DNA of 64,000 nucleotides from an uncultured Acidobacteriota bacterium (lineage in GTDB: Bacteria; Acidobacteriota; Vicinamibacteria; Vicinamibacterales; 2-12-FULL-66-21), in NCBI GenBank assembly GCA_963750935.1, contig CAVVSR010000002.1, positions 14,029-78,028 of the forward strand, read 5' to 3'. Below the pieces are notes generated by a model. The model was not told the DNA's origin, ran no database searches, and saw nothing but the letters and a program-made list of their open reading frames with translations. Positions 9,751 to 20,542 of this stretch are shown one piece after another. Numbering within the stretch: the stretch's first letter is position 1; the number at the start of each line of letters is the position of its first letter. Position numbers and translations under genes: made by a program.

Positions 9751-11025
9751 ATGTCCGTCGATCCGGTTGTGTTGCGCAGCATCGCCACGCTCGTCGAACA
9801 GGATCCATCGAACGTCGCGCTACGGCTGCATCTCAGCGAACTCCTCCTCTCGGCCGGCCAGGCCGCCGAAGCGCTCTCGCACGCAGCGGCCGTGCTCGCG
9901 GCGCAGCCCGATCACCCGCGAGCGCTCGAGCTCGCGGCCAGTGCCGCCGACGCCGCCGGCGAGACGGTGCGAGCCGACGGCTATCGAAGGCTGGCGTCGG
10001 CGCTTGGCGCCGGGTCCGCCGCTCCGGCTTCGAGCATCGATCCCCCACCTCCGCCCGATGAGCGCGAGGCGCAATCGGGGCCATCGGGACGGCCCGCGCT
10101 GCGGCTGATCGAAGGCAACCGGCCGCACGACGTCGCCGAGGACGTGGAGGTCCAGGCGCCGACGATCACCCTCCGCGACGTGGCGGGCATGGAGACCGTC
10201 AAGCACCGGCTGAATCTCGCGTTCCTCGCGCCGCTGCGCAATCCGGAGCTGCGGAAGACCTTCGGCAAGTCGCTGCGCGGCGGTCTGCTCCTCTACGGCC
10301 CGCCGGGCTGCGGCAAGACCTTCATTGCGCGCGCCGCCGCCGGAGAGCTGGGCGCCAAGTTCGTGTGCGTGGGCATCGCCGACGTGCTCGACATGTATCT
10401 CGGCCAGAGCGAGCAGAACCTGAAAGGCTACTTCGAGGCCGCGCGCCGACAGGCGCCCTGCGTGCTGTTCTTCGACGAAGTGGATGCGCTCGGGCGCAAG
10501 CGCAGCCTGACGCGGCACAGCGCCGCCAGCGGCGTGATCAGCCAGTTCCTCGCGGAGCTCGACGGGATGCAGGCCGACAACCGCGGCGTGTTCGTGCTCG
10601 CCGCGACCAATCATCCCTGGGACGTGGATGCGGCGCTGCGCCGGCCTGGCCGTCTCGATCGCATGCTGCTCGTGCTTCCGCCCGACGCACCCGCACGCGA
10701 GGCGATTCTGCGGGCACACTGCCGCGACCGCCCGATCGCGTCCGACGTCGACTTCGCGGCCATCGCGGCACGGCTCGACGACTACTCGGGCGCCGACGTC
10801 GCACACCTGTGCGAAGGGGCGGCGGAGTTCGCGCTGGAAGAGTCGCTCGATGCGCCGTCGGTGAAGCCGATCTCGGCCGCGCATTTCAAGCGTGCCCTGA
10901 AGGACGTCCGGCCGAGCATCCGGCCGTGGCTCGAAACCGCCAAGAATCACGCGCTCTTCGCCAACGACGGCGGGGTCTACGACGATCTCCTGGCCTACCT
11001 GCGCGCGCGGAGGATCGTGTCATGA
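9751..11025 (+). CDS. AAA+ ATPase (single CDC48/SpoVK-type AAA domain) with N-terminal TPR-like helical region
   Basis: Walker A GPPGCGKT, Walker B VLFFDEVD, SRH ATNHPWDVDAALRRPGRLDR. A Pro-rich linker follows the ~90-aa helical N-terminus. The stop overlaps the next start (ATGA). Confidence 0.8.
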   Translation: MSVDPVVLRSIATLVEQDPSNVALRLHLSELLLSAGQAAEALSHAAAVLAAQPDHPRALELAASAADAAGETVRADGYRRLASALGAGSAAPASSIDPPPPPDEREAQSGPSGRPALRLIEGNRPHDVAEDVEVQAPTITLRDVAGMETVKHRLNLAFLAPLRNPELRKTFGKSLRGGLLLYGPPGCGKTFIARAAAGELGAKFVCVGIADVLDMYLGQSEQNLKGYFEAARRQAPCVLFFDEVDALGRKRSLTRHSAASGVISQFLAELDGMQADNRGVFVLAATNHPWDVDAALRRPGRLDRMLLVLPPDAPAREAILRAHCRDRPIASDVDFAAIAARLDDYSGADVAHLCEGAAEFALEESLDAPSVKPISAAHFKRALKDVRPSIRPWLETAKNHALFANDGGVYDDLLAYLRARRIVS

Positions 11026-12261
11026 CGATGGACGCCGCTCTCGTGTTCGCCCAGCAGGGAGACTGGCGCCGTGTCGTGCCGGCGGCGCGTCAAGCCATCA
11101 CCGCCGACCCCGAGAACGCCACCGCGCATGCGCTGCTCGCGCTCGGCCTGTCGCATCTCGAAGAGGGCGGCGCCGTCGAGGCGGGACGCAGGGCCGTGGC
11201 GCTCGAGCCCGAGCTCTCGTTCGCGCAATACGCCTTCGGCTGGGCGCTTCTCGAATCCGGGGATGTCGACGCGGCGGAACGCGCCGCGCGCGAGGCGTTG
11301 CGGCTCTCGCCGGACGGCGACGAGCACGCGCTTCTGGCGCAGGTGCATCTCAAACGACGGCGGTGGAAGGATGCGGTGGAGACGGCCGAACGCGGCCTCC
11401 AGACGTCGCCCGAACATCCCGGCTGCGCCAACGTCCGTGCCGTCGCGCTCGCCAACCTCGGGCGGTCCGAGGAAGCGATGGCGGGCGTGCACGACATGCT
11501 CGCGATCGATCCGAGACGATGCGTACGCGCATGCGAATCGCGGGTGGCTGCTGCTTCGCCAGGCGCAGCCAGACGAGGCGATGCTGAGCTTTCAGGCCGC
11601 GCTGCGGCTGGACCCGACGCTCGAGTGGGCGCGCCTCGGCATGATTGAAGCGATGAAGGCGCGCAATCTCGCCTATCGCCTGGTGCTCCGGTATTCGTTC
11701 TGGGCGGCATCGCTCAGCGGCCGGGCCCAGTGGTTCCTGATCATCGGCGCGTATGTCGGCTCGCGCGTGGTCCGGAACATCCTGCGCGAGAACCCCGCGC
11801 TGTGGCCGGTGCTCGGGCCGTTGCTCGGTCTCTATGTCGTCTTCGTGTTCGGCAGCTGGATCGCCGACCCGCTCTCGAATCTGATCCTTCGTCTCCATCC
11901 GATCGGCCGGATGGCGCTGAACCGGGTCGAGACGATCGCCTCGAACATCGTCGGGGTCTGCCTGCTGAGCGCGATCGTCGCGGGACTCGCGTTCCTGGCC
12001 ACCGGCGCCGTGCCGGCGATCGTGATTGCGCTGGTGTGCGGCCTGATGCTCGTGCCGATCGGCGCCGCGGTCAACGCGCACGGGACGAACGCGTTCAAGG
12101 CGCTCGCCTCCGGCGCAGGCCTGCTCGGTCTGATCGGCCTCACTGCCATCGTGGCCGCGCCGATCGATCGCCAGGTCGCCGTCATGGCGACGGCGACCTT
12201 CGCGATTGGCGCGTTCTTCTTCAGCTTCTTCGCCAACTACCAGCTGCTGAAGCATCGCTGA
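11022..12261 (+). pseudogene. TPR-repeat protein with C-terminal six-helix membrane domain; frame broken near 11513-11515
   Basis: From ATG 11022, TPR repeats run in the frame of ORF 10365..11648 up to VHDMLAIDP. The sequence DDAYAHANRGWLLLRQAQPDEAMLSFQAALRLDP and six hydrophobic helices continue in ORF 11071..12261. Confidence 0.65.
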
Positions 12262-12283
12262 TCCGAGATTGGAAGTCTTGCGT

Positions 12284-13132
12284 CTAGCGTGGCATGAAGG
12301 TCGCAGTCACCGTCAGCACGGTGCCGCGGTCCACGGTGGCCGGATCGAATTCCCATTGGCGCACCGCGTCGACCGCCGCCTGCGTCAGCATGGGCTGGGT
12401 CTTCACTACGCGGACCTGCGCGACCTTCCCGCGTGAGTCGACGGTCGCCTCGAGCACGACCTCGCCTTTGATGCCGCTCGCCATCACCATTGGCGCGTAG
12501 ATCGGACGGGTGTCCTTGGTCTGCGTCGGGCGGACGCCGTTTGCTGCCGAATAGGCGGTGGTCGCATAGACCCAGTCAATCTTGTCCGTGGTTCCACCCG
12601 GCGGCGGTGGCGGAGGTGGCGGCGGTGGGCCCGGCGTGACGACAGTGCCTTCGGGGATCGGCTGGAAGGCGCGCGCGCTCTGGAGCTGCAGCGCGCGATT
12701 CCTGAGCGCGTCCGCGTCGCGGATCAGCGCCTCCCTCGTTGCGGGATCGGTCTCGGCGGCCGCCTGCGTCCGCAGCATGATGTTCTTGTAGACGAGCGCC
12801 TCGATGTAGTCGGGGTCGGCCTCGAGTGCGCGATCTTCCGCCTTCAGTCCGCGCGCGAGGTACTCGCGTTTCAGATCGGCGGTGAGCGAGGCGTCGCGCG
12901 TCTTCTCGAAGTAGAAGGTGCCGACGACGTGCTGCGCGCGCGCGTCCGCCGGTTTCTGCGCTGCCTCGCGTTCGAGCGCGGCGACCTTCTGCTCGAACTG
13001 ACCGAGGTCGGCCGCAGTCTGGTCCGCGAGGCGCCGGTCCCGCGGCATCTGTTGCGGTCCGAGGGCGTACGCGAGGGCTGCCGACGCCGCCATTGCCGCC
13101 GTCATCCCGAGTAACGTTCGTTTCAGCCTCAT
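12284..13132 (-). CDS. TonB C-terminal domain protein with poly-proline linker
   Basis: Start at MRLKRTLLGMTAAMAASAALA. A helical region is followed by the PGPPPPPPPPPPGG linker and a TonB_C-like end (GIKGEVVLEATVDSRGKVAQVRVVK...AAVDAVRQWEFDP). Confidence 0.65.
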   Translation of the reverse strand: MRLKRTLLGMTAAMAASAALAYALGPQQMPRDRRLADQTAADLGQFEQKVAALEREAAQKPADARAQHVVGTFYFEKTRDASLTADLKREYLARGLKAEDRALEADPDYIEALVYKNIMLRTQAAAETDPATREALIRDADALRNRALQLQSARAFQPIPEGTVVTPGPPPPPPPPPPGGTTDKIDWVYATTAYSAANGVRPTQTKDTRPIYAPMVMASGIKGEVVLEATVDSRGKVAQVRVVKTQPMLTQAAVDAVRQWEFDPATVDRGTVLTVTATFMPR

Positions 13133-13240
13133 CGTCTTTCTCCTTCCTTGGGGTCCGACCCTGTCGGCCCGCACGGTCGCCGTCAGACGTGGGCTGGCCC
13201 TGTCCTGCCATCCCCGCCTGGCGCGAGCGCCCGCGGATGG

Positions 13241-13271
13241 ATTATAAGCATATATATGCTAATAACGTCAA
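13241..13271 (-). promoter_or_regulatory. candidate sigma70-type promoter with embedded perfect palindrome, upstream of the TonB-like gene
   Basis: The minus strand reads TTGACG (13271-13266), then 19 nt, then TATAAT (13246-13241). The spacer contains the perfect 14-bp palindrome AGCATATATATGCT (13247-13260), inside an AT-rich island in GC-rich DNA. Confidence 0.45.
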
Positions 13272-13302
13272 GGTACGCGAGAAGACGATTACGCGGTGAC
13301 CG

Positions 13303-14610
13303 TCAGAACTGCTGCATGACGAGCTGTCGAAGCCGACCGGCTCGACCGTCGACGCGGTCGGGCGGGCGCAGGCCGAGCAGCTCAGTCATCAACGGATACA
13401 CGTCCACGTTGTCGATGTCGGGAATCGTCGCGCCTTCGCGGACGCCCGGCCCGGCGATCGCGAAGATGGCTCGCATCGACTGATAGGCGGGATCCCAGCC
13501 GTGCTGCCCCCAGGGTTCCCAGAAGCGCAGCTTCTCCAGGGGAGTTGACGCGATCGTCCACGACTCGTCCATGATCACGACCACGTCGCCGATGCGCGGG
13601 TCGGCGCGATAGTGATGCCGTTCCGGCAGGTCGGCGCGCAGATACGCGCGTCCGTTCTTCAGGCGGGCGTTCAGCTGATCCCGCACCTGTTCGGCCTCCC
13701 GCGGCCCCCCGTTCACGTGCAGGCTGGCGACCGGTCCCGCGAAGCCGACGCGCACCGCCGACGGATCGATCAGGGAGCTGAGGAGCACGGTCTGCGTCGC
13801 GGACGTTTCGACCATGCCGTGATCGGACGTGAGGATCAGATACACGCGATCGCGGTGCGGCAGGGCGGCGATGCCGTCCACCAGCTGGCCGAGCGCCTCG
13901 TCCAGCGCTGATGCCGCGCGACCGACCGCCGGCGCGTCGAGCGGACCCAGATGCGCCGCGGAGTCCACGTCGCTGAAGTAGAGCGTCATCACGTGCGGAC
14001 GGCGTTCTTCCGGCAGCCGCAGCCACTCGAGCACGGTCGCGACGCGTGTCCGGTTCGGGACGCTGCCGTCGTATGCCTTCCAGAACGTCGGCCTGACGCC
14101 ATTGATCGCCGCCTCGGATCCGGGAAAGAAGAAGCACGCCGCCACCATGCCCTGGCTCTCGGCGGTGACCCAGATCGGCTCGCCGCGATACCAGCTGCCG
14201 TCGCCGACGTCCTTCGTGTCCCGGAAGTTGTAGGAGTCCTTGCGCTGCGGGTCGTAGAAGTTGTTGCCGACGATGCCGTGGTTCTCGGGATGAAGTCCGG
14301 TGACCAGCGAGTAGTGGTTCGGGAACGTCAGCGAGGGAAAGACCGGAATCATCCCCGCGGCGCGGGTGCCCCGGCGCAGGACCCGCTGGAAGTTCGGCAG
14401 CGCGAACCGGTCGAGATAGTCGGCGCGGAGCCCGTCGAACGAGATCAGGATGACGTACGGCTTGGCGATCTGCTCCGGCCGGTTGATGCCGGCGGTGCCT
14501 GCAGGCGCGGCTTGCGACGCCGCCGGCGGAAGCGGCGGCCCGGCCACCGCCTGACTGACGACGAGCGCGAAGGCCAGGGTGAGCCGGCGCAGCGGCCGTC
14601 GCGGATGCAT
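13303..14610 (-). CDS. ectonucleotide pyrophosphatase/phosphodiesterase (alkaline phosphatase superfamily)
   Basis: Start taken at MHPRRPLRRLTLAFALV (signal peptide). Motifs: ILISFDGLRADYL, FPSLTFPNHYSLVTGLHPENHG, LTSDHGM. Confidence 0.8.
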   Translation of the reverse strand: MHPRRPLRRLTLAFALVVSQAVAGPPLPPAASQAAPAGTAGINRPEQIAKPYVILISFDGLRADYLDRFALPNFQRVLRRGTRAAGMIPVFPSLTFPNHYSLVTGLHPENHGIVGNNFYDPQRKDSYNFRDTKDVGDGSWYRGEPIWVTAESQGMVAACFFFPGSEAAINGVRPTFWKAYDGSVPNRTRVATVLEWLRLPEERRPHVMTLYFSDVDSAAHLGPLDAPAVGRAASALDEALGQLVDGIAALPHRDRVYLILTSDHGMVETSATQTVLLSSLIDPSAVRVGFAGPVASLHVNGGPREAEQVRDQLNARLKNGRAYLRADLPERHHYRADPRIGDVVVIMDESWTIASTPLEKLRFWEPWGQHGWDPAYQSMRAIFAIAGPGVREGATIPDIDNVDVYPLMTELLGLRPPDRVDGRAGRLRQLVMQQF

Positions 14611-14707
14611 GGCCAACGATAACATCGGCCCCGCGAGCCGCTCGTGCCCGTAGCCCTTGTCGCCCTCGCTTTCCGGATGAGGACTACAATCGCGGTAGGA
14701 CTCAGGC

Positions 14708-15537
14708 ATGCAGACCTCCCGACTGCGCGCGTTCGCCACCTGCCTGGCCGCCCTCGTTGCGCTCGCCACGCTGGACGGCCAGTACCGGTTCCGGGAGGGA
14801 CGGTTCCCGGCCCGCTTCGCGCCGCCGTCGATGCCCGACGCGCGCGTTCACCTTCTGCCGCATCATGTACGACCGGGTTCGAGAAGAGCCCATGGGCCTC
14901 GGCTGGGTCACCGACTATCCGTTCGCCGAGATCAACCTGATGACGCGGCTGTCGGAGCTCACCAAGACGCAGATCAGCGTCGACGGCACCGGCAAGCCCA
15001 ATCACTGGGTGGTGCGGCTGACCGACGACGCCTTGTTCAACTGCCCGTTCACGATGGCGTCGGATGCGGGCACCATCGGCTTCTCGCCGGAAGAGGCGGA
15101 GCGGCTGAGGCGCGTACCTGCTCAAGGGCGGGTTCCTGTGGGTGGACGACTTCTGGGGCACGGCGGCGTGGGAGCACTGGGAGTCGCAGATCGCCCAGGT
15201 CCTGCCGCCGGCGACGTATCCGATCGAGGACGTGAAGCCGGGGGATCCCATCCTGTCCAGCCAGTTCAACGTCGCCCACGTCCCGCAGATCACCAACATC
15301 CAGTTCTGGCGTGGCGTCGGCGGCACCGTGACGTCCGAGCGTGGCGAGGACAGCGCCGAGCCGCACTTCCGGGTCATCCGCGACGAGACCGGCCGCATCC
15401 TGGTCGTGATGACCCACAACACGGACATCGCGGACTCGTGGGAGCGGGAAGGGGAGGATGCCGCGTTTTTCCGCCAGTTCTCACCAGGCGGCTACGCATT
15501 CGGCATCAACGTGCTGCTCTACGCGATGACCCACTGA
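14708..15537 (+). pseudogene. DUF4159 domain protein; two frame breaks (near 14840-14846 and 15110-15114)
   Basis: Three consecutive pieces make up the gene. The first is the signal peptide MQTSRLRAFATCLAALVALA (ORF 14708..). The second is AFTFCRIMYDRVREEPMGLGWVTDYPFAE... (ORF 14757..). The third is YLLKGGFLWVDDFWGTAAWEHW...VLLYAMTH (ORF 15142..15537). Each junction needs one base removed. Confidence 0.65.
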
Positions 15538-15720
15538 GCCCGGCCGCGGCTCCAAGAGCTCGGCTGTATCCCTGATGAGCACCCGCCGTGGCTGCAATTC
15601 CAGCCGAGGCGTGCTATCATTGCCGCGTTCCCCGACAACTGAGTGGTAGTCGCAGCCGCGGTCAAGCGCTGCGCACGCGCCATCTTTTCGAGCCTCCTGC
15701 TCGAATACGCGAGAGCGCTT

Positions 15721-16650
15721 ATGAGAGCTCTACTGGGATCTTCCTTCGCCGTGCTGTGCCTCCTCGGCACCATGCCGGTCACCGCTCAAACGCAGGAAAG
15801 TCAGACGGTTCAGCGATTTCGGAGCTCGGCCGACGTGGTCACCATTCAGGCGTCGGTGCGAAACAACCGCGGACGCCCGCTGCAGGGCCTGACCGCGGAC
15901 GACTTCGAGGTGCGGGACAACGGTCAGCTTCGCCCGATCCTCTCCCTGCGCGCCGACCTGAAATCTCCGGTCAGCCTCGCCATCCTCGTCGACATGAGCG
16001 GGAGCATGGCGCTGCCGGCCAAGATCGCGATGGCCCGGCAGGCGTTCGAGTCGATCCTGACCGAACTGCGTCCCGGCCAGGACGAGGTCGCGGTGTTCAC
16101 GTTCGACTCGGCGCTGCACGAGCGGCGCGGGTTCAGCGGCGACGTGGCGTCTCTCAAGGGTGCGCTCGACTCATTCGAGCCGTTCGGATCGACGTCGCTC
16201 TACGATGCGACCGCCGCGGCGGCACGCCGGGTGGCGGAGCGGTCGGCCGCCCACAAGGCGGTCGTCGTCCTCACCGACGGCAGCGATACCAGCAGCGACG
16301 CGACCGCCGCCGAGGTGTCGGGACTGGCCAGCTCGATCGCCGTGCCCGTCTACGTCGTGGCGACGGTGCCGTCGATCGATCAGCGGTCGATTCAGGAATC
16401 CGCGGTGCGCGCGCCGGGCTCCGTGGCGGCCGACCTGCGCGAGCTCGCCGAATGGACCGGCGGCCAGCTGGTGTTCGCGAGCAGCTTCACCGAGACCGTG
16501 GTGGCCGCGTCGGCCCTGGTCAATCAGCTCCGGCAGCAGTACGTGCTGGCGATTGAGGCGGCGTCCGGTCCGGAGTGGCGGCGGCTCGACGTGCGCGTCA
16601 AGCGTTCGTCGGCGAGGGTCAAGGCCCGCAGCGGCTACTACGGAGGCTAG
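15721..16650 (+). CDS. VWA domain protein (acidobacterial VWFA-related type)
   Basis: Start at MRALLGSSFAVLCLLG. FRSSADVVTIQASVRNNRGRPLQGLTADDFEVRDNG is followed by MIDAS-like LVDMSGSM ... TSLYDA ... LTDGSDT. Confidence 0.75.
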   Translation: MRALLGSSFAVLCLLGTMPVTAQTQESQTVQRFRSSADVVTIQASVRNNRGRPLQGLTADDFEVRDNGQLRPILSLRADLKSPVSLAILVDMSGSMALPAKIAMARQAFESILTELRPGQDEVAVFTFDSALHERRGFSGDVASLKGALDSFEPFGSTSLYDATAAAARRVAERSAAHKAVVVLTDGSDTSSDATAAEVSGLASSIAVPVYVVATVPSIDQRSIQESAVRAPGSVAADLRELAEWTGGQLVFASSFTETVVAASALVNQLRQQYVLAIEAASGPEWRRLDVRVKRSSARVKARSGYYGG

Positions 16651-17510
16651 CGCCCGCCGCGTTCCGGCGTCCCCGGCTTGCGTTCGAGGTATTTCACGAA
16701 CACGACCTCGTTCCGCTTCTCGTTGTAGAGCAGCTCGTCGACGCTGGCCCTGACCATCAGCAGCCCGAAGCCGCCGGGCCGGATGCCTTTCGCCTCGCGG
16801 ACGTCCATGTGGGCGATGGGTTGCGTCGGCTCGTGGCCGATCGCGGCGTGCGGCAGATTCGCGATGTTGAAGCCGGGCCCAGGGTCCGCAATCCGATAGA
16901 GCAGCATCTTCTGCGCGCGCAGGCACGAGATCCGCACCTTGCGGCTCGGGTCGAGCTTGCCGCCCCATTCCACCGCATTCAGCAACAGCTCCCGGAACGC
17001 GTACGCGATCGACTCGCGCACCTCCGGGTCGAGATCCGCGTCGAGCTGCGCGACGACGTTCTGGATCCGCTCGGCCGCCTCGCGCGTGCACGGAACGACG
17101 AGCTCGACCCATTCGGGCCGCGCGGAGATGACCTCGATCGGCGGCGCCGCCTCCGCCTTGAGGACGTCGCGCACGGTGCGCAGCAGCACGGCCGGCTCGA
17201 CCGGCTTGTGCACGTAATCGAACGCCTGTTCCCGCACCGCCCTGAGCAGCGTCTCCGGCGCATCGTCCGACGTCATGACCAGGACGCGCGGGCGGGACTT
17301 CCGGGTGCGGATCTGCGCGAGCAGGTCGAGGCCGTTCATCCGCGGCATCCAGACGTCGAGCAGCAGCAGATCGAAGCGCTGGGCGCGCAGCGCCTTCAGC
17401 CCCTCGACGCCGTCCTTGGCCACCGACGTCGTGAACCCGGCGCTGGTCAGCACCTTCTTCAGCACGTGCCGGGTCATCCGGTCGTCGTCCACCACCAGGA
17501 TCCTGCTCAT
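16647..17510 (-). CDS. response-regulator receiver fused to an RsbW/SpoIIAB-like ATP-binding domain (no DNA-binding domain)
   Basis: REC motifs: [21 protein letters not shown], and the conserved K in YVHKPV. The C-terminal ~140 aa carries [26 protein letters not shown]. It overlaps the upstream kinase gene by 4 nt. Confidence 0.75.
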   Translation of the reverse strand: MSRILVVDDDRMTRHVLKKVLTSAGFTTSVAKDGVEGLKALRAQRFDLLLLDVWMPRMNGLDLLAQIRTRKSRPRVLVMTSDDAPETLLRAVREQAFDYVHKPVEPAVLLRTVRDVLKAEAAPPIEVISARPEWVELVVPCTREAAERIQNVVAQLDADLDPEVRESIAYAFRELLLNAVEWGGKLDPSRKVRISCLRAQKMLLYRIADPGPGFNIANLPHAAIGHEPTQPIAHMDVREAKGIRPGGFGLLMVRASVDELLYNEKRNEVVFVKYLERKPGTPERGGR

Positions 17511-20500
17511 GACTTCTTCCGCTTCCTGACCGCCGGGCGCGGCGTGCGTCGCTTCACCGAAGCCCTCGCGAGCTTCGCGGCGACGAACGCGGCGTCGAGC
17601 TGCTTCATGCGGCGGAGCAGCAAAACGTAGGACGTGGCCGCGACGTCGAAGCGGAGGCTTCGTCCGGCGTGCTCGACCTCCGCCGCCGCCTGCCGCCCGG
17701 CCGGCGAGCCGACGGTGGCGATGGCGCCTTTCAGTCCGTGCGCCGCGGTGCGCAGCGCCTCGCCGTCCTCGCGTTTCAGCGCCCGCTCGATCCGCCTGAC
17801 ATACGACGGCGCGTCCGAGCGGAACAGCGTGATGATTTCCTTCAGCAGCTTGCGATCGCCGCCGGTGTGGGCGAGCGCGGACCGTTCGTCGAAGATCGCG
17901 TCCGACTTCGGCGGATGCGCGGTCGTGCGGCGTGGCGCGGCCACTGGCGGGCCGACACCGCCGATGCGCTCGACGGTGGCGATCAGCTCGTCGACATCGA
18001 TGGGCTTCGGGAGATAGGCATCCATGCCGGCGGCCAGGCAGCGCTCGCGATCGCCCTGCATCGCGTGCGCTGTCAGCGCCACGATTGGCAGGTGGGCGCC
18101 GGTGCGCGCCTCGGCGCGGCGGATCGCCTCGGTCGCTTCGAATCCGCTCATTTCGGGCATCTGCAGGTCCATCAGCACGAGATCGAACGGCGGTGCGCCG
18201 TCGGCTGCCTTCACCGCTTCGCGGCCGTTCTCGACGCCGGTGACCGCATGTCCGCGCTTCTCGAGCAGCGTCGTCACCAGGCGGCGATTGACGACGTTGT
18301 CCTCGGCGACGAGGATGCGAAGCGGACGGAAGGGTGCGGCCGGCTGCTCGGCGGCAGCTTCTGACCTGGCGCGTGCCGAGGGATCGAACAGGGTCGCCAG
18401 CGTGTCGAGGAGATCGGAGTGCTTGACCGGCTTGACCAGATACGCGTCGACGCCGATCTGGCGGAACCGCGCGGCTTCGTCCGCGCGCCCGGCCGACGTG
18501 AGCATCACGATCGGCGTGCGGAGGAGCGCCTGGTCACGCCTGATGCGTTTGGCCAGCGCGACGCCGTCCACGTCGGGCATCTGGCAATCGGAGATCACCA
18601 CGTGGAACCGCTCGGTGGCTGCCGCGTCCTGGAGGCGGGACATCGCCGTGTCGGCATCGGGCACGACGGTCGGCGCCATGCGCCAGCTGGCGAGCATTTC
18701 CTCGAGAATGCGCCGGTTGGTCGCGTTGTCGTCGACGACCAGGACGCGCAGGCCCTCGAGGGCGGCGGGCTCTGGCGCGCTGCGCGCGGGGGAGTCGGTC
18801 GACGGACGCTCGAAGTTGGCGGTGAAGTGGAAGGCGCTGCCCCGTCCCACTTCGCTCTCGACCCAGATGCGTCCGCCCATCAGCTCGACGAGCCGCAGCG
18901 CGATGGCGAGGCCGAGGCCGGTGCCGCCGAAGCGGCGGGTCGTGGACACGTCGGCCTGCGTGAACGCCTGGAAAATCTCCGGCTGCTTGTCGGCGGGGAT
19001 GCCGATCCCGGTGTCGGTCACGGCGAAATGCAGGGTCACGCGATCGGCAACCGCGGATTCGAGCGCGACGTCGACGACGACCTCGCCGGCCGGTGTGAAC
19101 TTCACTGCGTTGCCGACCACGTTGAGCAGGACCTGACGGATCCGGCCCGGGTCGCCGAGCAGGACGTCCGGGACGTCGGGCGCGACATGGCAGGCGAGCT
19201 CGAGTCCCTTCTCCGACGAGCGCAGCGCCAGCAGCTTGACGGCGTCCTCGACCGTCTCGCGCACGTTCATGTCGACGCGTTCGAGGTCGAGACGGCGGGC
19301 CTCGATCTTCGAGAAGTCGAGGATGTCGTTGATCAGGCCCATCAACGCCTCCGCCGACGACTTCACCGTGGCGAGATAGTCGCGCTGTTCGGCCGTCAGC
19401 TTCGTCTTCAGCGCCAGCACGGTCATGCCGAGGATCGCGTTCAAAGGCGTGCGAATCTCGTGACTCATGTTGGCGAGGAACGCGCTCTTTGCCTCGGTGG
19501 CCTCCTCGGCGCGCTGCTTGGAGACTTCCAGCTCCTTGACCAGCTGCACCAGCCGTGACGCCTGGTCCTCGAGCGCATACTGCGAGGTCCGCAGCTCGCG
19601 CGCATACGACGCCAGCGTGTCCTCGGCCGCCTTGCGCTCGGTGATGTCGCGAGCGGCCGCGTAGACGATGCGGTGGGTGGCGTACGGGGTGGCAGCCCAC
19701 AACAGCCACCGGAACGTGCCGTCCTTGTGCAGGTAGCGGTTCTCGAAATAGACCACCGACTCGCCGTCGGCCAGCTTGGCCGTCGCCGCTGCCGTCGCCT
19801 CGCGATCCTCCGGGTGCACGAACTCCACGTACGGGCGTGACAGCAGTTCCTCCTCGGTGTAGCCGAGCAGCTTGGTCCACGCCGGGTTCACGCGCGTGAA
19901 GTAACCGTCGTAGCCGGCGACGCAGAGGAGATCGAGGGACAGCGTGAAGAACCGGTCGAGCTCCTCTTCGGCGCGGCGGCGATCGATGAACATGCCGATC
20001 TGCGTGCCGACGGTGGACAGCATCGACAGCAGCTCCGGGTCGGGCTCACGAATCTCGCGGCTGAAGAACTCGAGGACGTAGTGCACCTTGCCGCGGACCA
20101 TGACGGGGAAGCCGAACGCCGCGTGCAGGCCCTCGCTCGCGGCGATCGGCGCACGCGGGAAGTTGGCGTCGCTGACGACGTCGGGTATCCAGGCTGGCTC
20201 GGCGCTTGCCCACACCCGTCCCGGCAGGCCGACGCCCTTGACGAAGGTCGAGGCGCGGCTGGCCGCCGCGAACCCGGCGAACGCACCCGGCGACTCGTTC
20301 CAGACCTCGACGCAGCGCAGGACATGGGTCTCGCCGTCGATGCGCCACATCGCCGCATGCTCCCAGCCCAGCGCGCGGCAGATCGCCTCGAGAATCCTCG
20401 GCGCGGCCTCGCCGAGCGTCTGCGACTCGAGCAGGGCGCGCGCGGCAAGATTCTCGGCAGTGAGCCACCGCTCCCGGATCGCGTGGCCGGGCCGCAGGCT

Positions 20501-20515
20501 GGTGTCAGGTGTCAT
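17507..20515 (-). CDS. hybrid sensor histidine kinase: GAF-PAS-HisKA-HATPase-REC-REC-HPt
   Basis: Intact 1002-aa ORF. It contains a GAF domain (GLPGRVW...FGFPV), a PAS domain ([15 protein letters not shown]) and the H-box [14 protein letters not shown]. The G-boxes are DTGIGI and GGTGLGLAI. Two receivers are present (DCQMPDVDG; DLQMPEMSG), followed by HPt (AAHGLKGA). Confidence 0.9.
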   Translation of the reverse strand: MTPDTSLRPGHAIRERWLTAENLAARALLESQTLGEAAPRILEAICRALGWEHAAMWRIDGETHVLRCVEVWNESPGAFAGFAAASRASTFVKGVGLPGRVWASAEPAWIPDVVSDANFPRAPIAASEGLHAAFGFPVMVRGKVHYVLEFFSREIREPDPELLSMLSTVGTQIGMFIDRRRAEEELDRFFTLSLDLLCVAGYDGYFTRVNPAWTKLLGYTEEELLSRPYVEFVHPEDREATAAATAKLADGESVVYFENRYLHKDGTFRWLLWAATPYATHRIVYAAARDITERKAAEDTLASYARELRTSQYALEDQASRLVQLVKELEVSKQRAEEATEAKSAFLANMSHEIRTPLNAILGMTVLALKTKLTAEQRDYLATVKSSAEALMGLINDILDFSKIEARRLDLERVDMNVRETVEDAVKLLALRSSEKGLELACHVAPDVPDVLLGDPGRIRQVLLNVVGNAVKFTPAGEVVVDVALESAVADRVTLHFAVTDTGIGIPADKQPEIFQAFTQADVSTTRRFGGTGLGLAIALRLVELMGGRIWVESEVGRGSAFHFTANFERPSTDSPARSAPEPAALEGLRVLVVDDNATNRRILEEMLASWRMAPTVVPDADTAMSRLQDAAATERFHVVISDCQMPDVDGVALAKRIRRDQALLRTPIVMLTSAGRADEAARFRQIGVDAYLVKPVKHSDLLDTLATLFDPSARARSEAAAEQPAAPFRPLRILVAEDNVVNRRLVTTLLEKRGHAVTGVENGREAVKAADGAPPFDLVLMDLQMPEMSGFEATEAIRRAEARTGAHLPIVALTAHAMQGDRERCLAAGMDAYLPKPIDVDELIATVERIGGVGPPVAAPRRTTAHPPKSDAIFDERSALAHTGGDRKLLKEIITLFRSDAPSYVRRIERALKREDGEALRTAAHGLKGAIATVGSPAGRQAAAEVEHAGRSLRFDVAATSYVLLLRRMKQLDAAFVAAKLARASVKRRTPRPAVRKRKKS

Positions 20516-20542
20516 GGGACGTGCCGATTATAGGCACGTCCC
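20516..20542 (-). promoter_or_regulatory. perfect 10-bp-stem hairpin abutting the kinase start codon; on the minus strand its loop reads TATAAT (candidate -10 of a near-leaderless transcript)
   Basis: GGGACGTGCC-gattata-GGCACGTCCC. The minus-strand TATAAT (20532-20527) ends 11 nt before the ATG (20515). No SD-like sequence lies in between. Confidence 0.35.
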
